The position numbers were made by a program, and so were the translations under genes. Positions 47,643 through 57,101 of a DNA stretch of 64,000 bases are shown in pieces. This DNA is from a virus. Taxonomy: Duplodnaviria; Caudoviricetes. The stretch is from positions 7,506 to 71,505 of IMG/VR virus record IMGVR_UViG_3300038321_000292, one strand, 5' to 3'. Each line of letters starts with the position of its first letter. Positions within the stretch are counted from its first letter, which is position 1. Below the pieces are notes generated by a model, which saw only the letters and a list, made by a program, of their open reading frames with translations, did no database searches and was not told the DNA's origin.

Positions 47643-48425
47643 TTAGATTCTTACAAGATCAGGCCTTTCTTGGTCAACATGGTATTCATCACCACTCACT
47701 TTTAAGTTTTTGTTAATGTTTAAACGAGTGAATGATTCTGGACTTATAGTCATTCCTTTATCTATTGCATATGATTTGAAATAGTTTAGGAAGTGTCCTG
47801 TGAATGTATAGTATCTTCTACCTACTCCACCATTTTTTGCCCTGTAAACATTTGTGAAGAAGCTTCCATAATGGTTATGTCCTTGCATGCATAGGTTAGC
47901 ATCTATTGTGTTCATATCTGTGATGAATCCTCTTTCTGCTAATCTTATACTTTTACTGAATCTTGTACCATGTTTTCCATAAATGGTGAATGGTTGGTCA
48001 TTAATGTTTAATGTGTCGAAGAAGTCTGTACGATTGTATGGTACTTCCAGATTCTTTGATACTATTTCTCCAAGATCTAAATTATAATCTCGTCGTAGTC
48101 TTGCTGGATGGTTTCCTGTTACCATGTATCGTATATATTTCTTGTATGGTTTGAGTAAGTGTGTTAAACGGTTTACTTGTTCATCACATGTCATGTTGAA
48201 TTCCCAACTACCGATTCGTAGATTTGGTGTATCTATCATGTCTCCGAGTAGGTATATGATTTTGTTTTTACTTCGTGTTTTTTTGAAGATTTCTTCCCAG
48301 TAATGGAAGTATTCAAGGTTGCATGCTGGTGATCCAAGATGTAAATCACTTAATGGGAATATGTATAATTTTTTTCCTTTTAAATTATAAGTATTGGTTG
48401 GGGTTTTCATAAGCGTATACCCCAT
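47643..48425 (-). CDS. Calcineurin-like metallophosphoesterase
   Basis: SDLHLG, GDMID, GNH, HG and GHNH motifs. Confidence 0.9.
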   Translation of the reverse strand: MGYTLMKTPTNTYNLKGKKLYIFPLSDLHLGSPACNLEYFHYWEEIFKKTRSKNKIIYLLGDMIDTPNLRIGSWEFNMTCDEQVNRLTHLLKPYKKYIRYMVTGNHPARLRRDYNLDLGEIVSKNLEVPYNRTDFFDTLNINDQPFTIYGKHGTRFSKSIRLAERGFITDMNTIDANLCMQGHNHYGSFFTNVYRAKNGGVGRRYYTFTGHFLNYFKSYAIDKGMTISPESFTRLNINKNLKVSGDEYHVDQERPDLVRI

Positions 48426-48685
48426 GGTAAATCATGTAATAATCCTGCAGTGTATGGATAATTGTTACTTAGTATGCATTGGCATGTGTTGCATCGTATT
48501 TCACTTGTGTCCATTATTGGATTTATTGTATTGCAGATTGGACATTTAGTGTATGGTTCAACAAGGTTTTCATCAGACTGTTTTTTTTGTTGATGTGTAT
48601 TTGTCATTCTTGTAAGAATTTCTTTAGTATCATTATCACTATATATACGGGACACGCCACCGGTGCTATCTTTTTCTTTACTCAT
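48407..48685 (-). CDS. TFB/TFIIB-type zinc-ribbon protein
   Basis: CPICNTINPIMDTSEIRCNTCQCIL resembles the TFB Zn ribbon (CPxC...D...EIxCxxC..VL). Confidence 0.6.
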   Translation of the reverse strand: MSKEKDSTGGVSRIYSDNDTKEILTRMTNTHQQKKQSDENLVEPYTKCPICNTINPIMDTSEIRCNTCQCILSNNYPYTAGLLHDLPWGIRL

Positions 48686-49143
48686 CTTTTACTTGCCTCG
48701 GTTTCATATAATTCTTTATGATTGTACATATCTGTTTCTATTGGTACAAGGTAGGATTTACTAAAAGCATAACTTGCTATCCTACAACAGATAAGGTATG
48801 CCACTTCTAAACTTAGATTATAATGTCGTAGTATACTGTAATCCTTGAATTGTATATTGGGATTGAATAATTTTTTCACATAAAAGCATATGGCTGCTAT
48901 TATCATTTCACTACTAGCTGTTCGATGTAATTCTTCTAATGGAATATTTTCTACTATCCATATTGCATGTTTTCTTTGCTCTCCTTTTATGCATAAGGCA
49001 TCCATTATTATTTGACAGGTTTGAGTATAACTTGTTGTTCTTTGATATTGTTTCTTCTTTGCTTCTGATTCTTTACTCCAAATTTCCCCAGGCTGTTCTG
49101 TTTGGTATTTATTTATTAACTTTTCATAATCTTCCTTTGTCAA
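48682..49143 (-). CDS. TFB-like single cyclin-fold protein
   Basis: IMDALCIKGEQRKHAIWIV...SSEMIIAAICFYVKK parallels the TFB core repeat (L.LP....A..I...R..E...AAA.YIA.R). Confidence 0.6.
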   Translation of the reverse strand: MTKEDYEKLINKYQTEQPGEIWSKESEAKKKQYQRTTSYTQTCQIIMDALCIKGEQRKHAIWIVENIPLEELHRTASSEMIIAAICFYVKKLFNPNIQFKDYSILRHYNLSLEVAYLICCRIASYAFSKSYLVPIETDMYNHKELYETEASKR

Positions 49144-49155
49144 TATTATAATCCC

Positions 49156-49350
49156 TTAGTTTTGGTTTAGTGTTTGTATATAATCTTTTGCCCTTTGTTG
49201 TGCGTTTAACCTGTCTCTACCATTTAATGTGTAGTAAAAACTTGCCATGATTTCTCCAGTGTTTGTGTTTATTATATCCCAACTGGATTTGTTTATAGTG
49301 GCATGATAAGGTTTTTCTAATAATGTATAACCATACATCCTTTTATCCAT
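49156..49350 (-). CDS. Hypothetical protein
   Basis: 64 aa ORF, operonic. Confidence 0.55.
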   Translation of the reverse strand: MDKRMYGYTLLEKPYHATINKSSWDIINTNTGEIMASFYYTLNGRDRLNAQQRAKDYIQTLNQN

Positions 49351-49501
49351 CTTCTTGTTCAGGTATGTTTTCTAATGCTTCTTCTATGAGTTGTTTTGCT
49401 CTTCTTGTTGTTAACCATTTACCTACAATGACTAATGCAATATACATTACTATTAATCCTAATATGAATCCTACTATTATTTCAGGTATTACAATTATCA
49501 T
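49343..49501 (-). CDS. Small single-TM protein (52 aa, not in ORF track)
   Basis: MIIVIPEIIVGFILGLIVMYIALVIVGKWLTTRRAKQ...; fills the gap between co-oriented genes. Confidence 0.5.
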   Translation of the reverse strand: MIIVIPEIIVGFILGLIVMYIALVIVGKWLTTRRAKQLIEEALENIPEQEDG

Positions 49502-49507
49502 TCTTTT

Positions 49508-50041
49508 TCATTCCTCTTTAACTATTATTACTTGATCTTTAACTAATTCAACAGTATTCTTAACTGCCATTTGTAAAATTTCATCACTAATTTTAACTGG
49601 ATAAATTTCACCTGTTTCACTTCGACCTAAACCTGCCATAGTACAATCTACAACCATTTCAATAACATCAAGTAGATTAACATCAATAGGAACATAATCA
49701 TTTAAATGATGTCGTTCTAATAAGTAATGTGTTTTACACCAATTTAAGTCACAAAAATTAATTTCATTATTGGAATCATATACAGTTTTAAAATCTTCCC
49801 ATTGTTCTTTAGCTAATGTAATTTTAGTATAATCATGTTTAGCTCCTTTTACAAGTAATAATTTACATAAGAAGTTTATTCCATTCATAACATCTTGTAT
49901 GTGTTGTGAACTTAAATATAATAATTCTTTCCTTGAGGGCATATGGTCACAAGTTCGGGTATCATTATTATTACTATTCTTAACATATATTGGTTCATAT
50001 TCTTTTAAATCATTATAATCAAGCATATACTGTTCCTCCAT
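49508..50041 (-). CDS. HD-like metal-binding protein (DUF5662-like)
   Basis: KHDYTK, HYLLERHH and DVIEMVVD motifs. Confidence 0.6.
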   Translation of the reverse strand: MEEQYMLDYNDLKEYEPIYVKNSNNNDTRTCDHMPSRKELLYLSSQHIQDVMNGINFLCKLLLVKGAKHDYTKITLAKEQWEDFKTVYDSNNEINFCDLNWCKTHYLLERHHLNDYVPIDVNLLDVIEMVVDCTMAGLGRSETGEIYPVKISDEILQMAVKNTVELVKDQVIIVKEE

Positions 50042-50444
50042 CTGTTAACTCTACAAATTGTAAAGTTAAACAATCATCTTCAATACTAACAATATTAAAA
50101 GTGTATCCTAACTCTTCTTCAATATCATCAATATTTTCCTTAACTGCAAAGCCTTCAGGATTTGTTATTACCCAATCAAAACTATAATTATGTAATTCTA
50201 TCTTACCTAACATACCTTTACTTGATAACCATCGATTTAACTCTATTTCTAATTCATGTCTATCTTTTAAAGTATCAGCATATTTTTTATTGAATGTAAC
50301 TAATTTTTCTATTAAATAATTTTTAGTAGGTAACTCTTCCTCTTGAAATGCAGAAGTATAACACATAGGAGAATCAGGTTCTGGTAAAGGATAAGCTTCA
50401 TTCTTTACTTCTTTTGGGGTACACATATCTTTAAACATCTCCAA
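50019..50444 (-). CDS. Hypothetical protein
   Basis: 141 aa acidic ORF, operonic. Confidence 0.65.
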   Translation of the reverse strand: MEMFKDMCTPKEVKNEAYPLPEPDSPMCYTSAFQEEELPTKNYLIEKLVTFNKKYADTLKDRHELEIELNRWLSSKGMLGKIELHNYSFDWVITNPEGFAVKENIDDIEEELGYTFNIVSIEDDCLTLQFVELTDGGTVYA

Positions 50445-50448
50445 TAAA

Positions 50449-50709
50449 TTAATTTTTTAAATCTAAACTTTCAATTTCTTTTAAATTATAACCAGTAACA
50501 TTACTACCTTGAATCTGCACTAGTAAACTATTCAAATTCAAACTCATATACTCCACATCCTCTCCCTCAATAATGATTGGGTCAGTATCTCTTAACTTAA
50601 TCTTCATCTGATGAAATCTTACTGGTGTTCGGTAGCAAACATAATAATCTTGGGAAAGTAAAGGTTTCTCTAATATGAGTTTAACTTTAACTTTATCAAT
50701 CAATAACAC
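50449..50709 (-). CDS. Hypothetical protein
   Basis: 86 aa ORF directly after PCNA. Confidence 0.6.
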   Translation of the reverse strand: MLLIDKVKVKLILEKPLLSQDYYVCYRTPVRFHQMKIKLRDTDPIIIEGEDVEYMSLNLNSLLVQIQGSNVTGYNLKEIESLDLKN

Positions 50710-50724
50710 AATCTAAACCTCAAT

Positions 50725-51453
50725 CTACGCTTCTATCCTAGGTGCAATGAGCATCATTACTTTTAAACCATAACCATTATCAAATTGTGCAGTTAAAGGC
50801 ATATCCTGACCCATAAATAATTTAACATCTTCTGATATGTTTAAACCAATAAGTTTCTTAACATTCTCTAATGCATATAAACTATCAACAGTCCCTTCTA
50901 CATGTTCTCCATGAATGAATTTACCAGTTATACTGTTAAACATTCCTTCACTATTATAACTGAAATAATCAGGATCAACTTTGAATAAGATTTTTTCTTC
51001 AACAATATTCACATCTTTTTCTGCTTCGATGAGAACTTTTAATGGTAATGTAATGTTTGTTGCATATTCTAATTCTGGAGGTTCTGCTTCTTTATAATCT
51101 TTACTTACACCATTAATATTAAATGTTCGAGTTGTTTTTTCATCCCCTTCAATTATTAAGTTTAGGTTTGCTTCATTGGCTGCTATTGTTAATTTATCAT
51201 TGTTACCGATTCTTTTAAGTATGTTGCTTAATTGTTCTGTGTCTATTATTACTTGGAATGGTTCTGTTAAACTATATGTTGTGAATAATTCTAAATCTAA
51301 ATGTGCTTGTATGAAGTTTATATGGCTTTTGTCTAGGGCACTGAATAATATTCCAGTATCATTTACATTTAATCTGATTTCATCAACTATTTTACTTACT
51401 CCTATGAATAAGTTTTTAAATTCTTTTGTATCATCTACTTCGCATTTTAACAA
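50725..51453 (-). CDS. pcn: PCNA sliding clamp
   Basis: ALDKSHINFI, IDTEQLSNILKR, GQDMPL, LIAPRIE; 242 aa. Confidence 0.93.
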   Translation of the reverse strand: MLKCEVDDTKEFKNLFIGVSKIVDEIRLNVNDTGILFSALDKSHINFIQAHLDLELFTTYSLTEPFQVIIDTEQLSNILKRIGNNDKLTIAANEANLNLIIEGDEKTTRTFNINGVSKDYKEAEPPELEYATNITLPLKVLIEAEKDVNIVEEKILFKVDPDYFSYNSEGMFNSITGKFIHGEHVEGTVDSLYALENVKKLIGLNISEDVKLFMGQDMPLTAQFDNGYGLKVMMLIAPRIEA

Positions 51454-51563
51454 TTTATATTCCTCCTATTTCTTGTAGGGTTATCCTTTTTATACTACTG
51501 TATTTGTTTTAGGGGTTTGTGAAAAAATAATCCCTATTAATTAATACAATGTAATGTAAACTT

Positions 51564-52535
51564 ATGATTAATAAAAAAAACAAATACAAAGCATACAATG
51601 AAATCGAACTACCCCAATTCCATGGTAACCATATAGTACAATTAAAAAAAGTATTCCCATTCACTCAAATGATTGATGAATACATTATTAATATTAAAAT
51701 CTTAAATTACTCACAAAATACTATACGCACTTATCGTAGCATTCTAAAAAGATTCTTCAAATATTTAAACACTCAAGATGTTTATGATGAAAATAGTTTC
51801 ATTAAATGTTTCATGAAATACATTGTAAATAAAAAAGAAAAGGATCATGTTAGTACAAATTACACTTACCTCATAACAGCAGTGTTGAAGAATTTTTGTA
51901 ACTATCATAAACTTAGTTGGATGAAAGAATTAAAATCTCCTAAAAGAACAAAGAGTTTACCTCGTGCTTTAACTGAAGATGAAGTTCATAGATTATTGAA
52001 AGCTACTCATCATAAACGTACTGATAGTAAAACTGTTAAGAATAAGAAATTAAAGGATAGATTGATTTTAACTATGCTTTATAGTACTGGTTTACGTGTT
52101 AATGAATTATTAACTTTACGTATTCAACAAATTGATTTTAATAATCGTACAATCCGTGTACGTGGTAAAGGTGATAAGGATAGGATTGTTTTATTTGATA
52201 AAGATACTGGTGTGTTGATTAAAAAGTTTTTATTAATACATAATGGTGTTAGTGATTATCTTTTTAATACTCGGACTGGTGAGCATTTACAAAGTAGATA
52301 TATACAGGGGGGTATAAAAGAATATGCTAAAGAGGCATGTATTACTAAACGTGTTACTCCCCATGTTTTAAGACATTCATTTGCAACACACTTACTTAAT
52401 AATGGTGTTAATATAAGGATTATCCAATCATTACTCGGACATTCCAGTCTCTCAACTACTCAGGTTTATACTGAATTATGTGTTGATGTAATGAAAGATG
52501 CTTATGATGAAGCTCGAAAGAGGGAGTTAAATTAA
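51564..52535 (+). CDS. xerA: XerA/XerC-like tyrosine recombinase
   Basis: TGLRVNEL, GKGDKDRIV, TPHVLRHSFATHLL, LLGHSSLSTTQVY. Confidence 0.93.
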   Translation: MINKKNKYKAYNEIELPQFHGNHIVQLKKVFPFTQMIDEYIINIKILNYSQNTIRTYRSILKRFFKYLNTQDVYDENSFIKCFMKYIVNKKEKDHVSTNYTYLITAVLKNFCNYHKLSWMKELKSPKRTKSLPRALTEDEVHRLLKATHHKRTDSKTVKNKKLKDRLILTMLYSTGLRVNELLTLRIQQIDFNNRTIRVRGKGDKDRIVLFDKDTGVLIKKFLLIHNGVSDYLFNTRTGEHLQSRYIQGGIKEYAKEACITKRVTPHVLRHSFATHLLNNGVNIRIIQSLLGHSSLSTTQVYTELCVDVMKDAYDEARKRELN

Positions 52536-52567
52536 TAAATTAAAAAACCATTTCACACCATTTTTTT

Positions 52568-53332
52568 TTAATCATCAATTACACACCCCATATACCCCAT
52601 AGATTTAGAAATATCTTTAATTAACACAACACTATTACCAAAATTAACAACAATCTCGGTTAAATAATTTAAACTACATTTACTTAAATTTAAATTCTTT
52701 GAAGCATCTTTAATAAGCAAATACAAAATTTCATTATTATTATTTAATCCAATACTTAACTCTGAATTTAATTTCACATTCTGTGTTTCAATATCATTAT
52801 TAAAAGAAATTAATAATAAATCAACAACTTTTAAATAGAATACATTCTCACTTTTCAATTCAAATAATTCATTAATTCCTAAATTAAAATTAAAATCAAT
52901 TACAGATTCAAAAACATTATTAACCTTACTAGCTTTAACATGATCCAATTTATAATTTGATCTAATACTTTCGATACTAGGATTCTTATTCCAATATCTA
53001 TTTAATTCTAAACATTTTTTTTCAGCTAACTTCCTAGCTAATTCTGGTCCGTAATCTCTTTTATAATAAATAATTAATAATCCCATATTTTGAGTATCAT
53101 TTATATTATAAGAATTACAATCCTCAAACACAATAAAAACAGGAGTCTTTTTATCCTTTTTAATATCCTGGGTATATGGACATTCTCCAAAATAAATATT
53201 ATAACCTACTCCGGGTATAAATTCTAATTGATTAATATCTTCTGCTAAACATTTGCCATGATGTTGATATGGACATAATTGACAATTTTCTACTTCTAAT
53301 TCTATAATTCTTCTAGTTCTCATATTACCCAC
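52568..53332 (-). CDS. Hypothetical protein with N-terminal Cys cluster
   Basis: 254 aa; C..CPY...C motif. Confidence 0.65.
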   Translation of the reverse strand: MGNMRTRRIIELEVENCQLCPYQHHGKCLAEDINQLEFIPGVGYNIYFGECPYTQDIKKDKKTPVFIVFEDCNSYNINDTQNMGLLIIYYKRDYGPELARKLAEKKCLELNRYWNKNPSIESIRSNYKLDHVKASKVNNVFESVIDFNFNLGINELFELKSENVFYLKVVDLLLISFNNDIETQNVKLNSELSIGLNNNNEILYLLIKDASKNLNLSKCSLNYLTEIVVNFGNSVVLIKDISKSMGYMGCVIDD

Positions 53333-53553
53333 TATTCCTCAACTTCTCTAGAATTCATCATTAACACTTTCACTAACCATATCAAAAACTTCTAAATATA
53401 ATTCATCAATCCATTCTTCTATCTCTTTTTGTTTAACTCTCTGCTCATCAGTTAAATCATTAAAATGATTATTCAAATAATTTAATTGTTGCTCTGCATC
53501 AATAACTTTAAATACTTCATCATCACGGATCTTTTATATCTCTCTTTTATTTT

Positions 53554-53799
53554 TTATTTATATTCTTTAAAAGCAGTACTTGGATCATGTCCACTCCAAC
53601 ACTTATATTCATACTTATTAATTTTTCTTGGATAATATTTTAATTTTTCTTTTTGTTCTATATAAAATGGACAGTAATCATTTTCTTTTAAATCATTTAC
53701 ACATTCTTTTATACCCCTAAATTTCTTACTAAATAAGAATAAGTATGCACAAAATTCACCAATACCATTACTACAAGTTTCACAACACTTACATATCAT
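53554..53799 (-). CDS. Small Cys-rich protein
   Basis: 81 aa with multiple Cys. Confidence 0.55.
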   Translation of the reverse strand: MICKCCETCSNGIGEFCAYLFLFSKKFRGIKECVNDLKENDYCPFYIEQKEKLKYYPRKINKYEYKCWSGHDPSTAFKEYK

Positions 53800-53875
53800 A
53801 TTATACCCACTATTCTCTTTATTTTTAATTATAATCTAATTCAATTACCTTAGCATGTAAACTCACACTATGATA

Positions 53876-54154
53876 CTATGTAACTCCAAGCAACTCATAA
53901 TCATTATTAAATTCTTTTAATTTATCAGATAAATAAGAATCATTAACTATAAATTTTAATTTACTTATAAATTCTGAAAACTTTTCTCTCATATAATAAT
54001 CCAACATTTCGCCATCTAGAAGATTATAATAACCAGTATATTCATAATGATCATCTGGACTTTGTAATCTTATTAACACTTTATTGTTACATTCCTTAGT
54101 AAATTCTTTACTAAACATTTTATACTCCTTTCTCCTTATAATATAGGCATTCAT
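53876..54154 (-). CDS. Hypothetical protein
   Basis: 92 aa ORF, operonic. Confidence 0.55.
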   Translation of the reverse strand: MNAYIIRRKEYKMFSKEFTKECNNKVLIRLQSPDDHYEYTGYYNLLDGEMLDYYMREKFSEFISKLKFIVNDSYLSDKLKEFNNDYELLGVT

Positions 54155-54373
54155 AATTATGATTCAATAATTCAAATATACTATCATAAAACTGTTTATA
54201 CTCCCAGTAAATATCATAATAACAATTTATGAATCCTTTATTCATACAGTTATTACAATTGTAAGTCATATTCAATCCTCCTATGTGTTAAACAGTATTC
54301 TACATAATTCTTGACTTATAAAGAATAATAATACTGAAATTATAATCCATTGAGTTTTGAGTTATTATTTTAT

Positions 54374-55027
54374 TTATTTTATCACCTTTTTTGCTTCTTC
54401 TAAATCAGTACTGTAAATATGAGCAGAAATACTGTGAACAGTTATCTCTTCTACTGTTGTGTTGGTTTTCTTCGCTACATATTGGGCTAAATAAGTTAAA
54501 CCTACTATATTTGGATACCATGCACCGTAGATGTCATGACTTCTCCATAAAGCAGTTGTAAGTAACTGATTATCTCTTATCTTGAAATCAACAAGCATTA
54601 AACAAGGTACTTCTTCTTTTACAGTGTCATCAACAGGACTCCAAGTAACACTTATTGCTCTTCTAGATTCACTACAATTATTCAATCTATCAATACTTAC
54701 TTGAATTTGGTCTATTCGGTCAAACCATGCTCTTAAACGATTACCATAAGTATAAATAAACCCATTTCGGTTTTTATCAATTAACTCTTTACAATATCTC
54801 TCTAACCTTTCACCCTCCCAAAAAGTAGGAAAATCAGGTTTCACTAACTCATAAACAGGTACAGGAATTGGAGAATAAGGAATAGGAGATTGAATAGTAG
54901 TAACAACATTCAAGCATTCTAATGTTTCACTACCCCGTTCATCCTTAACTTCCACGCCTTTAGAAAAAACTAAACCAACTAATTCCTGATAAGCACCACT
55001 AATACTACTTGTAACAACATTAAACAT
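54374..55027 (-). CDS. thyA: Thymidylate synthase (archaeal ThyA type)
   Basis: YTYGNRL, SRRAI, VPCL (catalytic Cys), WRSHD..GAWYPN, SAHIY. Confidence 0.9.
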   Translation of the reverse strand: MFNVVTSSISGAYQELVGLVFSKGVEVKDERGSETLECLNVVTTIQSPIPYSPIPVPVYELVKPDFPTFWEGERLERYCKELIDKNRNGFIYTYGNRLRAWFDRIDQIQVSIDRLNNCSESRRAISVTWSPVDDTVKEEVPCLMLVDFKIRDNQLLTTALWRSHDIYGAWYPNIVGLTYLAQYVAKKTNTTVEEITVHSISAHIYSTDLEEAKKVIK

Positions 55028-55083
55028 TCAATCATCACAACCATAAACTAATTCATTTAAAAAATCTTTAGATAAATTCATAA

Positions 55084-55533
55084 TTACTCCTTTTCAAGAT
55101 AAGATTTTGTAATTCCAGTTTGTCCCTGATAATGATTACCACACTCACCATACAATTTAATAGGAACTTCATCCAATTCCTCAAGACATAACTGACAAAT
55201 ACCCATACCATGCTTAAGTATCAAATCTTCATCATGACAATTAAATAATTCCAAAGTAATATTCCCTTCAAATCCTGGATCAATATATCCAGCTGTTAAG
55301 TGAATTAATAAACCTAACCTACCAAGACTAGATTTACCTTCAACCCTACCAGAATATTCTGGTGGTATTGTAACATATTCAATTGTACTAGCTAATTTTT
55401 TAGTTAAAGGTGGTATTATTATATCCTCATTTAACCGTAAATCAACACTAGCAGGTTGTACTTGCTCTATACTATAATCATCAAGCAAACCTTCCTCACA
55501 TTTCTCAACCAAACTTTGATAACAAAGAATCAT
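55084..55533 (-). CDS. dcd: dCTP deaminase
   Basis: QVQPASVDLRL, EGKSSLGRLGL, AGYIDPGFEGNITLELFN, YQGQ. Confidence 0.92.
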   Translation of the reverse strand: MILCYQSLVEKCEEGLLDDYSIEQVQPASVDLRLNEDIIIPPLTKKLASTIEYVTIPPEYSGRVEGKSSLGRLGLLIHLTAGYIDPGFEGNITLELFNCHDEDLILKHGMGICQLCLEELDEVPIKLYGECGNHYQGQTGITKSYLEKE

Positions 55534-56063
55534 AAACTTAACCCCTTTTCAAATATAAGTTCATCATCCAATTCAACCTTAACAATATCAGCAAAATTAA
55601 CCTTAGCAATAGTACACCCACCACCACGAATAAATAAAAAATCCTCACTAAAAACAAAACCAGTAGCAGGATAACATTCAATACCATTTATTCTAAACTT
55701 ATAACTGAAAGGATTCTCATTAATATATTTACCTTCCTCAAAAGTTTCAATATGTTTACTACGATTAAATTTATACTTTAAAACCTTTTCTAAATCAATT
55801 GAATCAAAAACAGTATCAATATCATTATCCCCTACCTGTGCCTTTAAAGTTTTAATTTCATCAACTGGAATTTCAGCATGACACAAATTATAAGGATTAA
55901 ATAAATCTAATTCTTCCCCCTTAATACTTAAGAATTCTACTGCAAGAATAGAAACATTATTAATTATAATCTCCCTAGTATACATCATTTGATTTTTCCA
56001 TTGTTTTTCACTTAGATTATCAAAATAGGGATAATCATTCAAGTTTTTAATAAGATTATTCAT
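55530..56063 (-). CDS. Hypothetical protein, possibly two tandem small beta domains
   Basis: 177 aa; halves end in EIPVDEIKTL and VNFADIVKVEL. Confidence 0.6.
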   Translation of the reverse strand: MNNLIKNLNDYPYFDNLSEKQWKNQMMYTREIIINNVSILAVEFLSIKGEELDLFNPYNLCHAEIPVDEIKTLKAQVGDNDIDTVFDSIDLEKVLKYKFNRSKHIETFEEGKYINENPFSYKFRINGIECYPATGFVFSEDFLFIRGGGCTIAKVNFADIVKVELDDELIFEKGLSL

Positions 56064-56086
56064 TTATTATTCAATCCTCCCAATTT

Positions 56087-56239
56087 TTAAATTAATCTTG
56101 TCTGGTCTTTAAAACGTCTACAAGTATTACAATCCTTACCATTCCTTAACACTTTACCATCAACCCTACAAAACTGAACACACTTCCCATCACCTACTAC
56201 TCTTACATCCCAATCCTTACAAGTATCATCAATAAACAT
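56087..56239 (-). CDS. Small Cys-rich protein (start re-set to 56239)
   Basis: MFIDDTCKDW...CVQFC...CNTC; the track's longer start overlaps the upstream gene. Confidence 0.45.
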   Translation of the reverse strand: MFIDDTCKDWDVRVVGDGKCVQFCRVDGKVLRNGKDCNTCRRFKDQTRLI

Positions 56240-56249
56240 AAACCCATAT

Positions 56250-56531
56250 TCACCCCCTATAATCCTTACGATAACCCTCATTACCATACCAAATAACATC
56301 ATAATCAAAAGGTAAAGTCTTATAAGACTCCTCACCACGAAGAAAATTCACAACAACAGCATTACCATTAGGTAAAAGTACAAATTCTTCAAGATGAAAA
56401 TCACTATCTAAATTGATTCTAACTTTCTTCTGCAAACCTACTGGCATATCAATAGGACGATTATAAACTTCACCAGATTCATTATTCTTTATTTTGAATA
56501 ACATTCTCAACATCCTCATCATAATAAACAT
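56250..56531 (-). CDS. Hypothetical protein
   Basis: 93 aa ORF, operonic. Confidence 0.55.
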   Translation of the reverse strand: MFIMMRMLRMLFKIKNNESGEVYNRPIDMPVGLQKKVRINLDSDFHLEEFVLLPNGNAVVVNFLRGEESYKTLPFDYDVIWYGNEGYRKDYRG

Positions 56532-56919
56532 ACTTACTAACCCAGTAACAAATTCTACAAGCTAACTGCTTCAAATCATCTTTCTGCTCACTTGCACAAG
56601 TATCATAATCTAAACCAGATATTTTACAAATCTTCAACACAAGATACAAAATCAAATCATCATCATGTAAATTACGACCTTTAAATGTTCCATCAACAGG
56701 AGGTAACAAATTACCAATAATACCCTTTAATTGTAGAACAGTTTCTAATTCATTATTCAATAAAGGTAATCTACCTTCCTCTAATTCATAAGTATCTCCA
56801 TCATTCTCAATATCATTAATTTCTTCACGAAGATTATTCTCATCAATGTCTGCTTGGTCCAAAACCTTAAATATTTTATTTTCATAATATAATTTATAAT
56901 CAAAACCTTTAACACTCAT
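56482..56919 (-). CDS. Hypothetical protein
   Basis: 145 aa acidic ORF. Confidence 0.65.
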   Translation of the reverse strand: MSVKGFDYKLYYENKIFKVLDQADIDENNLREEINDIENDGDTYELEEGRLPLLNNELETVLQLKGIIGNLLPPVDGTFKGRNLHDDDLILYLVLKICKISGLDYDTCASEQKDDLKQLACRICYWVSKYVYYDEDVENVIQNKE

Positions 56920-57101
56920 AATTCTTCACCTTTATCCTCTAACATTAATTCCACAACATCTTCACGTATATAATTCACTCCCTCATATTCTAATTGGAAA
57001 GTTTGATTTAATGCTTTAGGAAAATGTTTTTTAACTGTTTTCATTAATCTACGATTTAAATTAGTCATAATAATATATTTAAAAAATGAATAAAAGAAAA
57101 A

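Noticed and set aside
53333-53540. Open acidic reading frame (KIRDDEVFKVIDAEQQ...) with no canonical start at its 5' end
   Set aside because: Looks coding, but the start cannot be placed (in-frame TAA just upstream, weak RBS); could be a sequencing error or a decayed gene.
54374-55027. DNA hypermodification enzyme (dCMP hydroxymethylase)
   Set aside because: The specificity residue after RSxD..G is Asn (WYPN), as in dUMP-specific enzymes, and no glycosyltransferase or kinase partners are adjacent.
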